From NCBI GenBank assembly GCA_964016885.1, contig OZ024742.1, positions 363,878,001 to 363,942,000 of the forward strand: a stretch of DNA of 64,000 nt. Direction: 5' to 3'. The notes beneath the pieces were generated by a model. It saw only the letters and a list, made by a program, of their open reading frames with translations, was not told the DNA's origin and searched no databases. This document shows positions 36,944 through 51,900 of the stretch, piece by piece. The stretch comes from Eledone cirrhosa (Eukaryota). Both the position numbers and the translations under genes were made by a program. Numbering within the stretch: the first letter of the stretch is position 1; every line of letters starts with the position of its first letter.

Positions 36944-39900
36944 GGATTGGCAACAAATACGTCGACAGCAGCAGACAGGGCCGTGTTATGTGTGTAGGAT
37001 GGTAAGACACACGTGGACAGCAGCACAACAGCCGTGTTATGTGTGTAGGATGGTAAGACACACGTGGACAGCAGCACAACAGCTGTGTTATGTGTGTAAG
37101 ATGGTAAGACACACGTGGACAGCAGCACAACAGCCGTGTTATGTGTGTAGGATGGTAAGACACACGTGGACAGCAGCACAACAGCCGTGTTATGTGTGTA
37201 GGATGGTAAGACACACGTGGACAGCAGCACCACAGCTGTGTTATGTGTGTAAGATGGTAAGACACACGTGGACAGCAGCACAACAGCCGTGTTATGTGTG
37301 TAGGAAGGTAAGACACACGTGGACAGCAGCACAACAGCCGTGTTATGTGTGTAGGATGGTAAGACACACGTGGACAGCAGCACAACAGCCGTGTTATGTG
37401 TGTAGGAAGGTAAGACACACGTGGACAGCAGCACAACAGCCGTGTTATGTGTGTAGGAAGGTAAGACACACGTGGACAGCAGCACAACAGCCGTGTTATG
37501 TGTGTAGGAAGGTAAGACACACGTGGACAGCAACACAACAGCTGTGTTATGTGTGTAGGATGGTAAGACACACGTGGACTGCAACACAACAGATGTGTTA
37601 TGTGTGTAGGAAGGTAAGACACACGTGAACAGCAACACAACAGCTGTGTTATGTGTGTAGGATGGTAAGACACACGTGGACTGCAACACAACAGATGTGT
37701 TATGTGTGTAGGAAGGTAAGACACACGTGGACAGCAACACAACAGCCGTGTTATGTGTGTAAGATGGTAAGACACACGTGGACAGCAACACAACAGCTGT
37801 GTTATGTGTGTATCATGGTAAGACACACGTGGACTGCAACACAACAGCTGTGTTATGTGTGTAGGAAGGTAAGACACACGTGGACAGCAATACAACAGCC
37901 GTGTTATGTGTGTAGGATGGTAAGACACACGTGGACAGCAACACAACAGCTGTGTTATGTGTGTAGGAAGGTAAGACACACGTGGACAGCAGCACAACAG
38001 CCGTGTTATGTGTGTAGGATGGTAAGACACACGTGGACAGCAGCACAACAGCTGTGTTATGTGTGTAGGAAGGTAAGACACACGTGGACAGCAGCACAAC
38101 AGCCGTGTTATGTGTGTAGGATGGTAAGACACACGTGGACAGCAGCACAACAGCTGTGTTATGTGTGTAGGAAGGTAAGACACACGTGGACAGCAGCACA
38201 ACAGCTGTGTTATGTGTGTAGGATGGTAAGACACACGTGCACAGCAGCACAATAGCTGTATTATGTGTGTAGGAAGGTAAGACACACGTGGACAGCAGCA
38301 CAACAGTTGTGTTGTGTGTGTAAGATGGTAAGATACTTGGACAGCAGCACAACAGCTGTGTTATGTGTGTAGGAAGGTAAGACACACGTGGACAGCAGCA
38401 CAACAGCTGTGTTATGTGTGTAGGATGGTAAGACACACGTGGACAGCAGCACAACAGCTGTGTTATGTGTGTAGGATGGTAAGACACACGTGGACAGCAG
38501 CATAACAGCTGTGTTATGTGTGTAGGAAGGTAAGACACCCGTGGATAGCAACACAACAGCTGTGTTATGTGTGTATGATGGTAAGACACACGTGGACAGC
38601 AGCACAACAGCTATGTTATGTGTGTAGGAAGGTAAGACACACGTGGACAGCAACACAACAGCTGTGTCATGTGTGTAGGAAGGTAAGACACACGTGGACA
38701 TCAGCACAACAGCTGTGTTATGTGTGTATGATGGTAAGACACACGTGGACAGCAACACAACAACCGTGTTATGTGTGTAGGATGGTAAGACACACGTGGA
38801 CAGCAGCGCAACAGCTGTGTTATGTGTGTAGGAAGTTAAGACACACGTGGACAGCAGCACAACAGCTGTGTTATGTGTGTAAGATGGTAAGACACTTGGA
38901 CAGCAGCACAACAGCTGTGTTATGTGTGTAGAAAGGTAAGACACACGTGGACAGCAGCACAACTGCTCTGTTATGTGTGTAGGATGGTAAGACACACGTT
39001 CACAGCAGCACAAGTGCTGTGTTATGTGTGTAGGAAGGTAAGACACCCGTGGATAGCAACACAACAGCTGTGTTATGTGTGTATGATGGTAAGACACACG
39101 TGGACAGCAACACAACAGCTGTGTTATGTGTGTAGGAAGGTAAGACACACGTGGAGAGCAGCACAGCAGCTGTGTTATGTGTGTAGGATGGTAAGACACA
39201 CGTGGACAGCAACACAACAGCTGTGTTATGTGTGTAGGAAGGTAAGACACACGTGGACAGCAGCACAACAGCTGTGTTATGTGTGTAGGAAGGTAAGACT
39301 AACGTGGACAGCAATACAACAGCCGTGTTATGTGTGTAGGATGGTAAGACACACGTGGACAGCAACACAACAGCCGTGTTATGTGTGTAGGATGGTAAGA
39401 CACACGTGGACAGCAGCACAAAAGCCGTGTTATGTGTGTAGGATGGTAAGACACACGTGGACAGCAACACAGCAGCTGTGTTATGTGTGTAGATTGGTAA
39501 GACACACGTGGACAGCAGCACAACAGCCGTCTTATGTGTGTAGGATGGTAAGACACACGTGGACAGCAACACAACAACTGTGTTATGTGTGTAGGATGGT
39601 AAGACACACGTGGACAGCAACACAACAGCCGTGTTATGTGTGTAGGAAGGTAAGACACACGTGGACAGCAGCACAACAGCTGTGTTATGTGTGTAGGAAG
39701 GTAAGACTAACGTGGACAGCAGCACAACAGCTGTGTTATGTGTGTAGAAAGGTAAGACACACGTGGACAGCAGCACAACAGCTGTGTTATGTGTGTAGGA
39801 AGGTAACACACGCGTGGACAGCAGCACAACAGCTGTGTTATGTGTGTAGGAAGGTAAGACACACGTGCACAGCAACACAACAGCCGTGTTATGTGTGTAG

Positions 39901-42900
39901 GATGGTAAGACACACGTGGACAGCAACACAACAGCTGTGTTATGTGTGTAGGATGGTAAGACACACGTGGACAGCAGCACAACAGCTGTGTTATGTGTGT
40001 AGAAAGGTAAGACACACGTGGACAGCAGCACAACAGCTGTGTTATGTGTGTAGGAAGGTAACACACGCGTGGACAGCAGCACAACAGCTGTGTTATGTGT
40101 CTAGGAAGGTAAGACACAATTGGACAGTAGCACAACAGCCGTGTTATGTGTGTAGATTGGTAAGACACACGTGGACAGCAACACAACAGCTGTGTTATGT
40201 GTGTAGGATGGTAAGACACACGTGGACAGCAGCACAACACCTGTGTAATGTGTGTAGGATGGTAAGACCCACGTGGACAGCAGCACAACAGCCGTGTTAT
40301 GTGTGTAGGATGGTAAGACACACGTGGACAGCAACACAACAGCTGTGTTATGTGTGTATGATGGTAAGACACACGTGGACAGCAACACAACAGCTGTGTT
40401 ATGTGTGTAGGATGGTAAGACACACAAGGAGAGCAGCACAACAGCTGTGTTATGTGTGTATGATGGAAATACACGTGGATAGCAGCACAACATCTGTGTT
40501 ATGTGTGTAGGAAGGTAAGACACACGTGGATAGCAACACAACAGCCGTGTTATGTGTGTAGGATGGTAAGACACACGTGGAAAGCAGCGCAACAGCTGTG
40601 TTATGTGTGTAGGAAGGTAAGACACACGTGGACAGCAGCACAACAGCTGTGTTATGTGTGTAGGATGGTAAGACACACGTGGAGAGCCGCACAACAGCTG
40701 TGTTATGTGTGTAGGATGGTAAGACACACGTGGACAGCAGCACAACAGCTGTGTTATGTGTGTAGGAAGGTAAGACACGCGTGGACAGCAGCACAACAGC
40801 TGTGTTATGTGTGTAGAAAGGTAAGATACACGTGGACAGCAACACAAAAGCTGTGTTATATGTGTAGGATGGTAAAACACACGTGGACAGCAGCACAACA
40901 GCCGTGTTATGTGTGCAGGATGGTAAGACACACGTGGACAGCAACACAACAGCTGTGTTATGTGTGTAGGATGGTAAGACACACGTGGACAGCAGCACAA
41001 CAGCTGTGTTATGTGTGTAGGAAGGTAACACACGCGTGGACAGCAGCACAACAGCTGTGTTATGTGTGTAGGAAGGTAAGACACACGTGGACAGCAGCAC
41101 AACAGCTGTGTTATGTGTGTAGGAAGGTAAGACACACGTGGACAGCAGCACAACAGCTGTGTTATGTGTGTAGGAAGGTAAGACACACGTGGACAGCAGC
41201 ACAACAGCCGTGTTATGTGTGTAGGATGGTAAGACACACGTGGACAGCAGCACAACAGCCGTGTTATGTGTGTAGGAAGGTAAGACACACGTGGACAGCA
41301 GCACAACAGCTGTATTATGTGTGTAGGAAGGTAAGACACACGTGGACAGCAGCACAACAGCCGTGTTATGTGTGTAGGATGGTAAGACACACGTGGACAG
41401 CAGCACAACAGCTGTGTTATGTGTGTAGGAAGGTAAGACACACGTGGACAGCAGCACAACAGCTGTATTATGTGTGTAGGAAGGTAAGACACACGTGGAC
41501 AGCAGCACAACAGCTGTGTTATGTGTGTAGGAAGGTAAGACACACGTGGACAGCAGCACAACAGCCGTGTTATGTGTGTAGGATGGTAAGACACACGTGG
41601 ACAGCAGCACAACAGCTGTGTTATGTGTGTAGGAAGGTAATACACACGTGGACAGCAGCACAACAGCCGTGTTATGTGTGTAGGAAGGTAAGACACACGT
41701 GGACAGCAGCACAACAGCTGTATTATGTGTGTAGGAAGGTAAGACACACGTGGACAGCAGCACAACAGCCGTGTTATGTGTGTAGGATGGTAAGACACAC
41801 GTGGACAGCAGCACAACAGCTGTGTTATGTGTGTAGGAAGGTAAGACACACGTGGACAGCAGCACAACAGCCGTGTTAAGTGTGTAGGATGGTAAGACAC
41901 ACGTGGACAGCAGCACAACAGCTGTGTTATGTGTGTAGGAAGGTAAGACACACGAGGACAGCAGCACAACAGCCGTGTTATGTGTGTAGGATGGTAAGAC
42001 ACACGTGGACAGCAGCACAACAGATGTGTTATGTGTGTAGGAAGGTAAGACACACGTGGACAGCAGCACAACAGTCGTGTTATGTGTGTAGGAAGGTACG
42101 ACACACGTGGACAGCAGCACAACAGCCGTGTTATGTGTGTAGGAAGGTAAGACACAAGTGGACAGCAGCACAACAGCTGTGTTATGTGTGTAGGATGGTA
42201 AGACATACGTGGACAGCCGCACAACAGCTGTGTTATGTGTGTAGGATGGTAAGTCACACGTGGACAGCAGCACAACAGCTGTGTTATGTGTGTAGGAAGG
42301 TAAGATACACGTGAACAGCAACACAACAGCTGTGTTATATGTGTAGGATGGTAAGACACACGTGGACAGCAGCACAACAGCCGTGTTATGTGTGTAGGAT
42401 GGTAAGACACATGGGGACAACACCACAATAGCTGTGTTATGTGTGTAGGATGGTAAGAGACTCGTGGATAGCAGCACAACAGCTGTGTTATGTGTGTAGG
42501 AAGGTAAGACACGCGTGGACAGCAGCACAACAGCTGTGTTGTGTGTGTAGGATGTTAAGACACACGTGGACAGCAACACAACAGCCGTGTTATGTGTGTA
42601 GGATGGTAAGACACACGTGGACAGCAACACAACAGCCGTGTTATGTGAGTAGGAAGGTAAGACACACGTGGACAGCCGCACAACAGCTGTGTTATGTGTG
42701 TAGGATGGTAAGACACACGTGGACAGCAACACAACAGCTGTGTTATGTGTGTATGATGGTAAGACACACGTGGACAGCAGCACAACAGCTGTGTTATGTG
42801 TGTAGGAAGGTAAGACACACGTGGACAGCAACACAACAGTTGTGTTATGTGTGTAGGAAGGTAAGACACACGTGGACACCAGCACAACAGCTATGTTATG

Positions 42901-45900
42901 TGTGTAGGAAGGTAAGACACACGTGGACAGCAACACAACAGCTGTGTTATGTGTGTAGGAAGGTAAGACACACGTGGACAGCAACACAACAGCTGTGTTA
43001 TGTGTGTATGATGGTAAGACACACGTGGACAGCAGCACAACAGCTGTGTTATGTGTGTAGGAAGGTAAGACACACGTGGACAGCAACACAACAGCTGTGT
43101 TATGTGTGTAGGAAGGTAAGACACACGTGGACACCAGCACAACAGCTATGTTATGTGTGTAGGAAGGTAAGACACACGCGGACAGCAACACAACAGCTGT
43201 GTTATGTGTGCAGGAAGGTAAGACACACGTGGACAGCAACACAACAGCTGTGTTATGTGTGTATGATGGTAAGACACACGTGGACAGCAGCACAACAGCT
43301 GTGTTATGTGTGTATGATGGTAAGACACACGTGGACAGCAACACAACAGCTGTGTTATGTGTGCAGGATGGTAATACAAACATGGAGAGCAGCACAACAG
43401 CTGTGTTATGTGTGTTTGATGGAAAGACACGGGGATAGCAGCACAACTTCTGTGTTATGTGTGTAGGAAGGTAAGACACACGTGGACAGCAACACAACAG
43501 CCGTGTTATGTGTGTAGGATGGTAAGACACAGGTGGAAAGCAACACAACGGCTGTGTTATGTGTGTATCATGGTAAGACCCACGTGCACAGCAGCACAAT
43601 AGCTGTATTATGTGTGTAGGAAGGTAAGACACACGTGGACAGCAGCACAACAGCTGTGTTATGTGTGTAGGATGGTAAGACACACGTGGACAGCCGCACA
43701 ACAGCTGTGTTATGTGTGTAGGATGGTAAGACACACGTGGACAGCAGCACAACAGCTGTGTTATGTGTGTAGGAAGGTAAGACACGCGTGGACAGCTGCA
43801 CAACGGCTGTGTTATGTGTGTAGGAAGGTAAGATACACGTGGACAGCAACACAAAGCTGTGTTATGTGTGTAGGAATGTAAGACACAAGTGGACAGCAGC
43901 ACAACAGCTGTGTTATGTGTGTAGGATGGTAAGACACACGTGGACAGCAGCACAACAGCTGTGTTATGTGTGTAGGAAGGTAAGACACGCGTGGACAGCA
44001 GCACAACAGCTGTGTTATGTGTGTAGAAAGGTAAGATACACGTGGACAGCAACACAAAAGCTGTGTTATATGTGTAGGATGGTAAAACACACGTGGACAG
44101 CAGCACAACAGCCGTGTTATGTGTGCAGGATGGTAAGACACACGTGGACAGCAACACAACAGCTGTGTTATGTGTGTAGGATGGTAAGACACACGTGGAC
44201 AGCAGCACAACAGCTGTGTTATGTGTGTAGGAAGGTAACACACGCGTGGACAGCAGCACAACAGCTGTGTTATGTGTGTAGGAAGGTAAGACACACGTGG
44301 ACAGCAGCACAACAGCTGTGTTATGTGTGTAGGAAGGTAAGACACACGTGGACAGCAGCACAACAGCTGTGTTATGTGTGTAGGAAGGTAAGACACACGT
44401 GGACAGCAGCACAACAGCCGTGTTATGTGTGTAGGATGGTAAGACACACGTGGACAGCAGCACAACAGCCGTGTTATGTGTGTAGGAAGGTAAGACACAC
44501 GTGGACAGCAGCACAACAGCTGTATTATGTGTGTAGGAAGGTAAGACACACGTGGACAGCAGCACAACAGCCGTGTTATGTGTGTAGGATGGTAAGACAC
44601 ACGTGGACAGCAGCACAACAGCTGTGTTATGTGTGTAGGAAGGTAAGACACACGTGGACAGCAGCACAACAGCTGTATTATGTGTGTAGGAAGGTAAGAC
44701 ACACGTGGACAGCAGCACAACAGCTGTGTTATGTGTGTAGGAAGGTAAGACACACGTGGACAGCAGCACAACAGCCGTGTTATGTGTGTAGGATGGTAAG
44801 ACACACGTGGACAGCAGCACAACAGCTGTGTTATGTGTGTAGGAAGGTAATACACACGTGGACAGCAGCACAACAGCCGTGTTATGTGTGTAGGAAGGTA
44901 AGACACACGTGGACAGCAGCACAACAGCTGTATTATGTGTGTAGGAAGGTAAGACACACGTGGACAGCAGCACAACAGCCGTGTTATGTGTGTAGGATGG
45001 TAAGACACACGTGGACAGCAGCACAACAGCTGTGTTATGTGTGTAGGAAGGTAAGACACACGTGGACAGCAGCACAACAGCCGTGTTAAGTGTGTAGGAT
45101 GGTAAGACACACGTGGACAGCAGCACAACAGCTGTGTTATGTGTGTAGGAAGGTAAGACACACGAGGACAGCAGCACAACAGCCGTGTTATGTGTGTAGG
45201 ATGGTAAGACACACGTGGACAGCAGCACAACAGATGTGTTATGTGTGTAGGAAGGTAAGACACACGTGGACAGCAGCACAACAGTCGTGTTATGTGTGTA
45301 GGAAGGTACGACACACGTGGACAGCAGCACAACAGCCGTGTTATGTGTGTAGGAAGGTAAGACACAAGTGGACAGCAGCACAACAGCTGTGTTATGTGTG
45401 TAGGATGGTAAGACATACGTGGACAGCCGCACAACAGCTGTGTTATGTGTGTAGGATGGTAAGTCACACGTGGACAGCAGCACAACAGCTGTGTTATGTG
45501 TGTAGGAAGGTAAGATACACGTGAACAGCAACACAACAGCTGTGTTATATGTGTAGGATGGTAAGACACACGTGGACAGCAGCACAACAGCCGTGTTATG
45601 TGTGTAGGATGGTAAGACACATGGGGACAACACCACAATAGCTGTGTTATGTGTGTAGGATGGTAAGAGACTCGTGGATAGCAGCACAACAGCTGTGTTA
45701 TGTGTGTAGGAAGGTAAGACACGCGTGGACAGCAGCACAACAGCTGTGTTGTGTGTGTAGGATGTTAAGACACACGTGGACAGCAACACAACAGCCGTGT
45801 TATGTGTGTAGGATGGTAAGACACACGTGGACAGCAACACAACAGCCGTGTTATGTGAGTAGGAAGGTAAGACACACGTGGACAGCCGCACAACAGCTGT

Positions 45901-48900
45901 GTTATGTGTGTAGGATGGTAAGACACACGTGGACAGCAACACAACAGCTGTGTTATGTGTGTATGATGGTAAGACACACGTGGACAGCAGCACAACAGCT
46001 GTGTTATGTGTGTAGGAAGGTAAGACACACGTGGACAGCAACACAACAGTTGTGTTATGTGTGTAGGAAGGTAAGACACACGTGGACACCAGCACAACAG
46101 CTATGTTATGTGTGTAGGAAGGTAAGACACACGTGGACAGCAACACAACAGCTGTGTTATGTGTGTAGGAAGGTAAGACACACGTGGACAGCAACACAAC
46201 AGCTGTGTTATGTGTGTATGATGGTAAGACACACGTGGACAGCAGCACAACAGCTGTGTTATGTGTGTAGGAAGGTAAGACACACGTGGACAGCAACACA
46301 ACAGCTGTGTTATGTGTGTAGGAAGGTAAGACACACGTGGACACCAGCACAACAGCTATGTTATGTGTGTAGGAAGGTAAGACACACGCGGACAGCAACA
46401 CAACAGCTGTGTTATGTGTGCAGGAAGGTAAGACACACGTGGACAGCAACACAACAGCTGTGTTATGTGTGTATGATGGTAAGACACACGTGGACAGCAG
46501 CACAACAGCTGTGTTATGTGTGTATGATGGTAAGACACACGTGGACAGCAACACAACAGCTGTGTTATGTGTGCAGGATGGTAATACAAACATGGAGAGC
46601 AGCACAACAGCTGTGTTATGTGTGTTTGATGGAAAGACACGGGGATAGCAGCACAACTTCTGTGTTATGTGTGTAGGAAGGTAAGACACACGTGGACAGC
46701 AACACAACAGCCGTGTTATGTGTGTAGGATGGTAAGACACAGGTGGAAAGCAACACAACGGCTGTGTTATGTGTGTATCATGGTAAGACCCACGTGGACT
46801 GCAGCACAACAGCTGTGTTATGTGTGTAGGAGGGTAAGACACACGTGGACAGCAGCACAACAGTTGTGTTATGTGTGTAGGATGGTAAGACACACGTGCA
46901 CAGCAGCACAATAGCTGTATTATGTGTGTAGGAAGGTAAGACACACGTGGACAGCAGCACAACAGCTGTGTTATGTGTGTAGGATGGTAAGACACACGTG
47001 GACAGCCGCACAACAGCTGTGTTATGTGTGTAGGATGGTAAGACACACGTGGACAGCAGCACAACAGCTGTGTTATGTGTGTAGGAAGGTAAGACACGCG
47101 TGGACAGCTGCACAACGGCTGTGTTATGTGTGTAGGAAGGTAAGATACACGTGGACAGCAACACAAAGCTGTGTTATGTGTGTAGGAATGTAAGACACAA
47201 GTGGACAGCAGCACAACAGCTGTGTTATGTGTGTAGGATGGTAAGACACACGTGGACAGCAGCACAACAGCTGTGTTATGTGTGTAGGATGGTAAGACAC
47301 ACGTGGACAGCAGCACAACAGCTGTGTTATGTGTGTAGGATGGTAAGACACACGTGGACAGCAGCACAACAGCTGTGTTATGTGTGTAGGAAGGTAAGAC
47401 ACCCGTAGATAGCAACACAACAGCTGTGTTATGTATGTATGATGGTAAGACACACGTGGACAGCAGCATAACAGCTATGTTATGTGTGTAGGAAGGTAAG
47501 ACACACGTGGACAGCAGCACAACAGCTGTGTTATGTGTGTAGGAAGGTAAGACACACGTGGACAGCAGCACAACAGCTGTATTATGTTTGTAGGAAGGTA
47601 AGACACACGTGGACAGCAGCACAACAGCTGTATTATGTTTGTAGGAAGGTAAGACACACGTGGACAGCAACACAACAGCCGTGTTATGTGTGTAGGAAGG
47701 TAAGACACACGTGGACAGCAGCACAACAGCCGTGTTATGTGTGTAGGATGGTAAGACACAAGTGGACAGCAGCACAACAGCTGTGTTATGTGTGTAGGAT
47801 GGTAAGACATACGTGGACAGCCGCACAACAGCTGTGTTATGTGTGTAGGATGGTAAGTCACACGTGGACAGCAGCACAACAGCTGTGTTATGTGTGTAGG
47901 AAGGTAAGATACACGTGAACAGCAACACAACAGCTGTGTTATATGTGTAGGATGGTAAGACACACGTGGACAGCAGCACAACAGCCGTGTTATGTGTGTA
48001 GGATGGTAAGACACATGGGGACAACACCACAATAGCTGTGTTATGTGTGTAGGATGGTAAGACACTCGTGGATAGCAGCACAACAGCTGTGTTATGTGTG
48101 TAGGAAGGTAAGACACGCGTGGACAGCAGCACAACAGCTGTGTTGTGTGTGTAGGATGTTAAGACACACGTGGACAGCAACACAACAGCCGTGTTATGTG
48201 TGTAGGATGGTAAGACACACGTGGACAGCAACACAACAGCCGTGTTATGTGAGTAGGAAGGTAAGACACACGTGGACAGCCGCACAACAGCTGTGTTATG
48301 TGTGTAGGATGGTAAGACACACGTGGACAGCAACACAACAGCTGTGTTATGTGTGTATGATGGTAAGACACACGTGGACAGCAGCACAACAGCTGTGTTA
48401 TGTGTGTAGGAAGGTAAGACACACGTGGACAGCAACACAACAGTTGTGTTATGTGTGTAGGAAGGTAAGACACACGTGGACACCAGCACAACAGCTATGT
48501 TATGTGTGTAGGAAGGTAAGACACACGTGGACAGCAACACAACAGCTGTGTTATGTGTGTAGGAAGGTAAGACACACGTGGACAGCAACACAACAGCTGT
48601 GTTATGTGTGTATGATAGTAAGACACACGTGGACAGCAGCACAACAGCTGTGTTATGTGTGTAGGAAGGTAAGACACACGTGGACAGCAACACAACAGCT
48701 GTGTTATGTGTGTAGGAAGGTAAGACACACGTGGACACCAGCACAACAGCTATGTTATGTGTGTAGGAAGGTAAGACACACGTGGACAGCAACACAACAG
48801 CTGTGTTATGTGTGCAGGAAGGTAAGACACACGTGGACAGCAACACAACAGCTGTGTTATGTGTGTATGATGGTAAGACACACGTGGACAGCAGCACAAC

Positions 48901-51900
48901 AGCTGTGTTATGTGTGTATGATGGTAAGACACACGTGGACAGCAACACAACAGCTGTGTTATGTGTGCAGGATGGTAATACAAACATGGAGAGCAGCACA
49001 ACAGCTGTGTTATGTGTGTTTGATGGAAAGACACGGGGATAGCAGCACAACTTCTGTGTTATGTGTGTAGGAAGGTAAGACACACGTGGACAGCAACACA
49101 ACAGCCGTGTTATGTGTGTAGGATGGTAAGACACAGGTGGAAAGCAACACAACGGCTGTGTTATGTGTGTATCATGGTAAGACCCACGTGGACTGCAGCA
49201 CAACAGCTGTGTTATGTGTGTAGGAGGGTAAGACACACGTGGACAGCAGCACAACAGCTGTGTTATGTGTGTAGGATGGTAAGACACACGTGCACAGCAG
49301 CACAATAGCTGTATTATGTGTGTAGGAAGGTAAGACACACGTGGACAGCAGCACAACAGCTGTGTTATGTGTGTAGGATGGTAAGACACACGTGGACAGC
49401 CGCACAACAGCTGTGTTATGTGTGTAGGATGGTAAGACACACGTGGACAGCAGCACAACAGCTGTGTTATGTGTGTAGGAAGGTAAGACACGCGTGGACA
49501 GCAGCACAACGGCTGTGTTATGTGTGTAGGAAGGTAAGATACACGTGGACAGCAACACAAAGCTGTGTTATGTGTGTAGGAAGGTAAGACACAAGTGGAC
49601 AGCAGCACAACAGCTGTGTTATGTGTGTAGGATGGTAAGACACACGTGGACAGCAGCACAACAGCTGTGTTATGTGTGTAGGATGGTAAGACACACGTGG
49701 ACAGCAGCACAACAGCTGTGTTATGTGTGTAGGATGGTAAGACACACGTGGACAGCAGCACAACAGCTGTGTTATGTGTGTAGGAAGGTAAGACACCCGT
49801 AGATAGCAACACAACAGCTGTGTTATGTATGTATGATGGTAAGACACACGTGGACAGCAGCATAACAGCTATGTTATGTGTGTAGGAAGGTAAGACACAC
49901 GTGGACAGCAACACAACAGCCGTTTTATGTGTGTAGGATGGTAAGACACACGTGGACAGCAACACACAGCCGTGTTATGTGTGTAGGAAGGTAAGACACA
50001 AGTGGACAGCAGCACAACAGCTGTGTTATGTGTGTAGGATGGTAAGACATACGTGGACAGCCGCACAACAGCTGTGTTATGTGTGTAGGATGGTAAGTCA
50101 CACGTGGACAGCAGCACAACAGCTGTGTTATGTGTGTAGGAAGGTAAGATACACGTGAACAGCAACACAACAGCTGTGTTATATGTGTAGGATGGTAAGA
50201 CACACGTGGACAGCAGCACAACAGCCGTGTTATGTGTGTAGGATGGTAAGACACATGTGGACAACACCACAATAGCTGTGTTATGTGTGTAGGATGGTAA
50301 GACACTCGTGGATAGCAGCACAACAGCTGTGTTATGTGTGTAGGAAGGTAAGACACGCGTGGACAGCAGCACAACAGCTGTGTTGTGTGTGTAGGATGTT
50401 AAGACACACGTGGACAGCAACACAACAGCCGTGTTATGTGTGTAGGATGGTAAGACACACGTGGACAGCAGCACAACAGCTGTGTTATGTGTGTAGGAAT
50501 GTAAGACACACGTGGACAGCAACACAACAGTTGTGTTATGTGTGTAGGAAGGTAAGACACACGTGGACACCAGCACAACAGCTATGTTATGTGTGTAGGA
50601 AGGTAAGACACACGTGGACAGCAACACAACAGCTGTGTTATGTGTGTAGGAAGGTAAGACACACGTGGACAGCAACACAACAGCTGTGTTATGTGTGTAT
50701 GATAGTAAGACACACGTGGACAGCAGCACAACAGCTGTGTTATGTGTGTAGGAAGGTAAGACACACGTGGACAGCAACACAACAGCTGTGTTATGTGTGT
50801 AGGAAGGTAAGACACACGTGGACACCAGCACAACAGCTATGTTATGTGTGTAGGAAGGTAAGACACACGTGGACAGCAACACAACAGCTGTGTTATGTGT
50901 GCAGGAAGGTAAGACACACGTGGACAGCAACACAACAGCTGTGTTATGTGTGTATGATGGTAAGACACACGTGGACAGCAGCACAACAGCTGTGTTATGT
51001 GTGTATGATGGTAAGACACACGTGGACAGCAACACAACAGCTGTGTTATGTGTGCAGGATGGTAATACAAACATGGAGAGCAGCACAACAGCTGTGTTAT
51101 GTGTGTTTGATGGAAAGACACGGGGATAGCAGCACAACTTCTGTGTTATGTGTGTAGGAAGGTAAGACACACGTGGACAGCAACACAACAGCCGTGTTAT
51201 GTGTGTAGGATGGTAAGACACAGGTGGAAAGCAACACAACGGCTGTGTTATGTGTGTATCATGGTAAGACCCACGTGGACTGCAGCACAACAGCTGTGTT
51301 ATGTGTGTAGGAGGGTAAGACACACGTGGACAGCAGCACAACAGCTGTGTTATGTGTGTAGGATGGTAAGACACACGTGCACAGCAGCACAATAGCTGTA
51401 TTATGTGTGTAGGAAGGTAAGACACACGTGGACAGCAGCACAACAGCTGTGTTATGTGTGTAGGATGGTAAGACACACGTGGACAGCCGCACAACAGCTG
51501 AGTTATGTGTGTAGGATGGTAAGACACACGTGGACAGCAGCACAACAGCTGTGTTATGTGTGTAGGAAGGTAAGACACGCGTGGACAGCAGCACAACGGC
51601 TGTGTTATGTGTGTAGGAAGGTAAGATACACGTGGACAGCAACACAAAGCTGTGTTATGTGTGTAGGAAGGTAAGACACAAGTGGACAGCAGCACAACAG
51701 CTGTGTTATGTGTGTAGGATGGTAAGACACACGTGGACAGCAGCACAACAGCTGTGTTATGTGTGTAGGATGGTAAGACACACGTGGACAGCAGCACAAC
51801 AGCTGTGTTATGTGTGTAGGATGGTAAGACACACGTGGACAGCAGCACAACAGCTGTGTTATGTGTGTAGGAAGGTAAGACACCCGTAGATAGCAACACA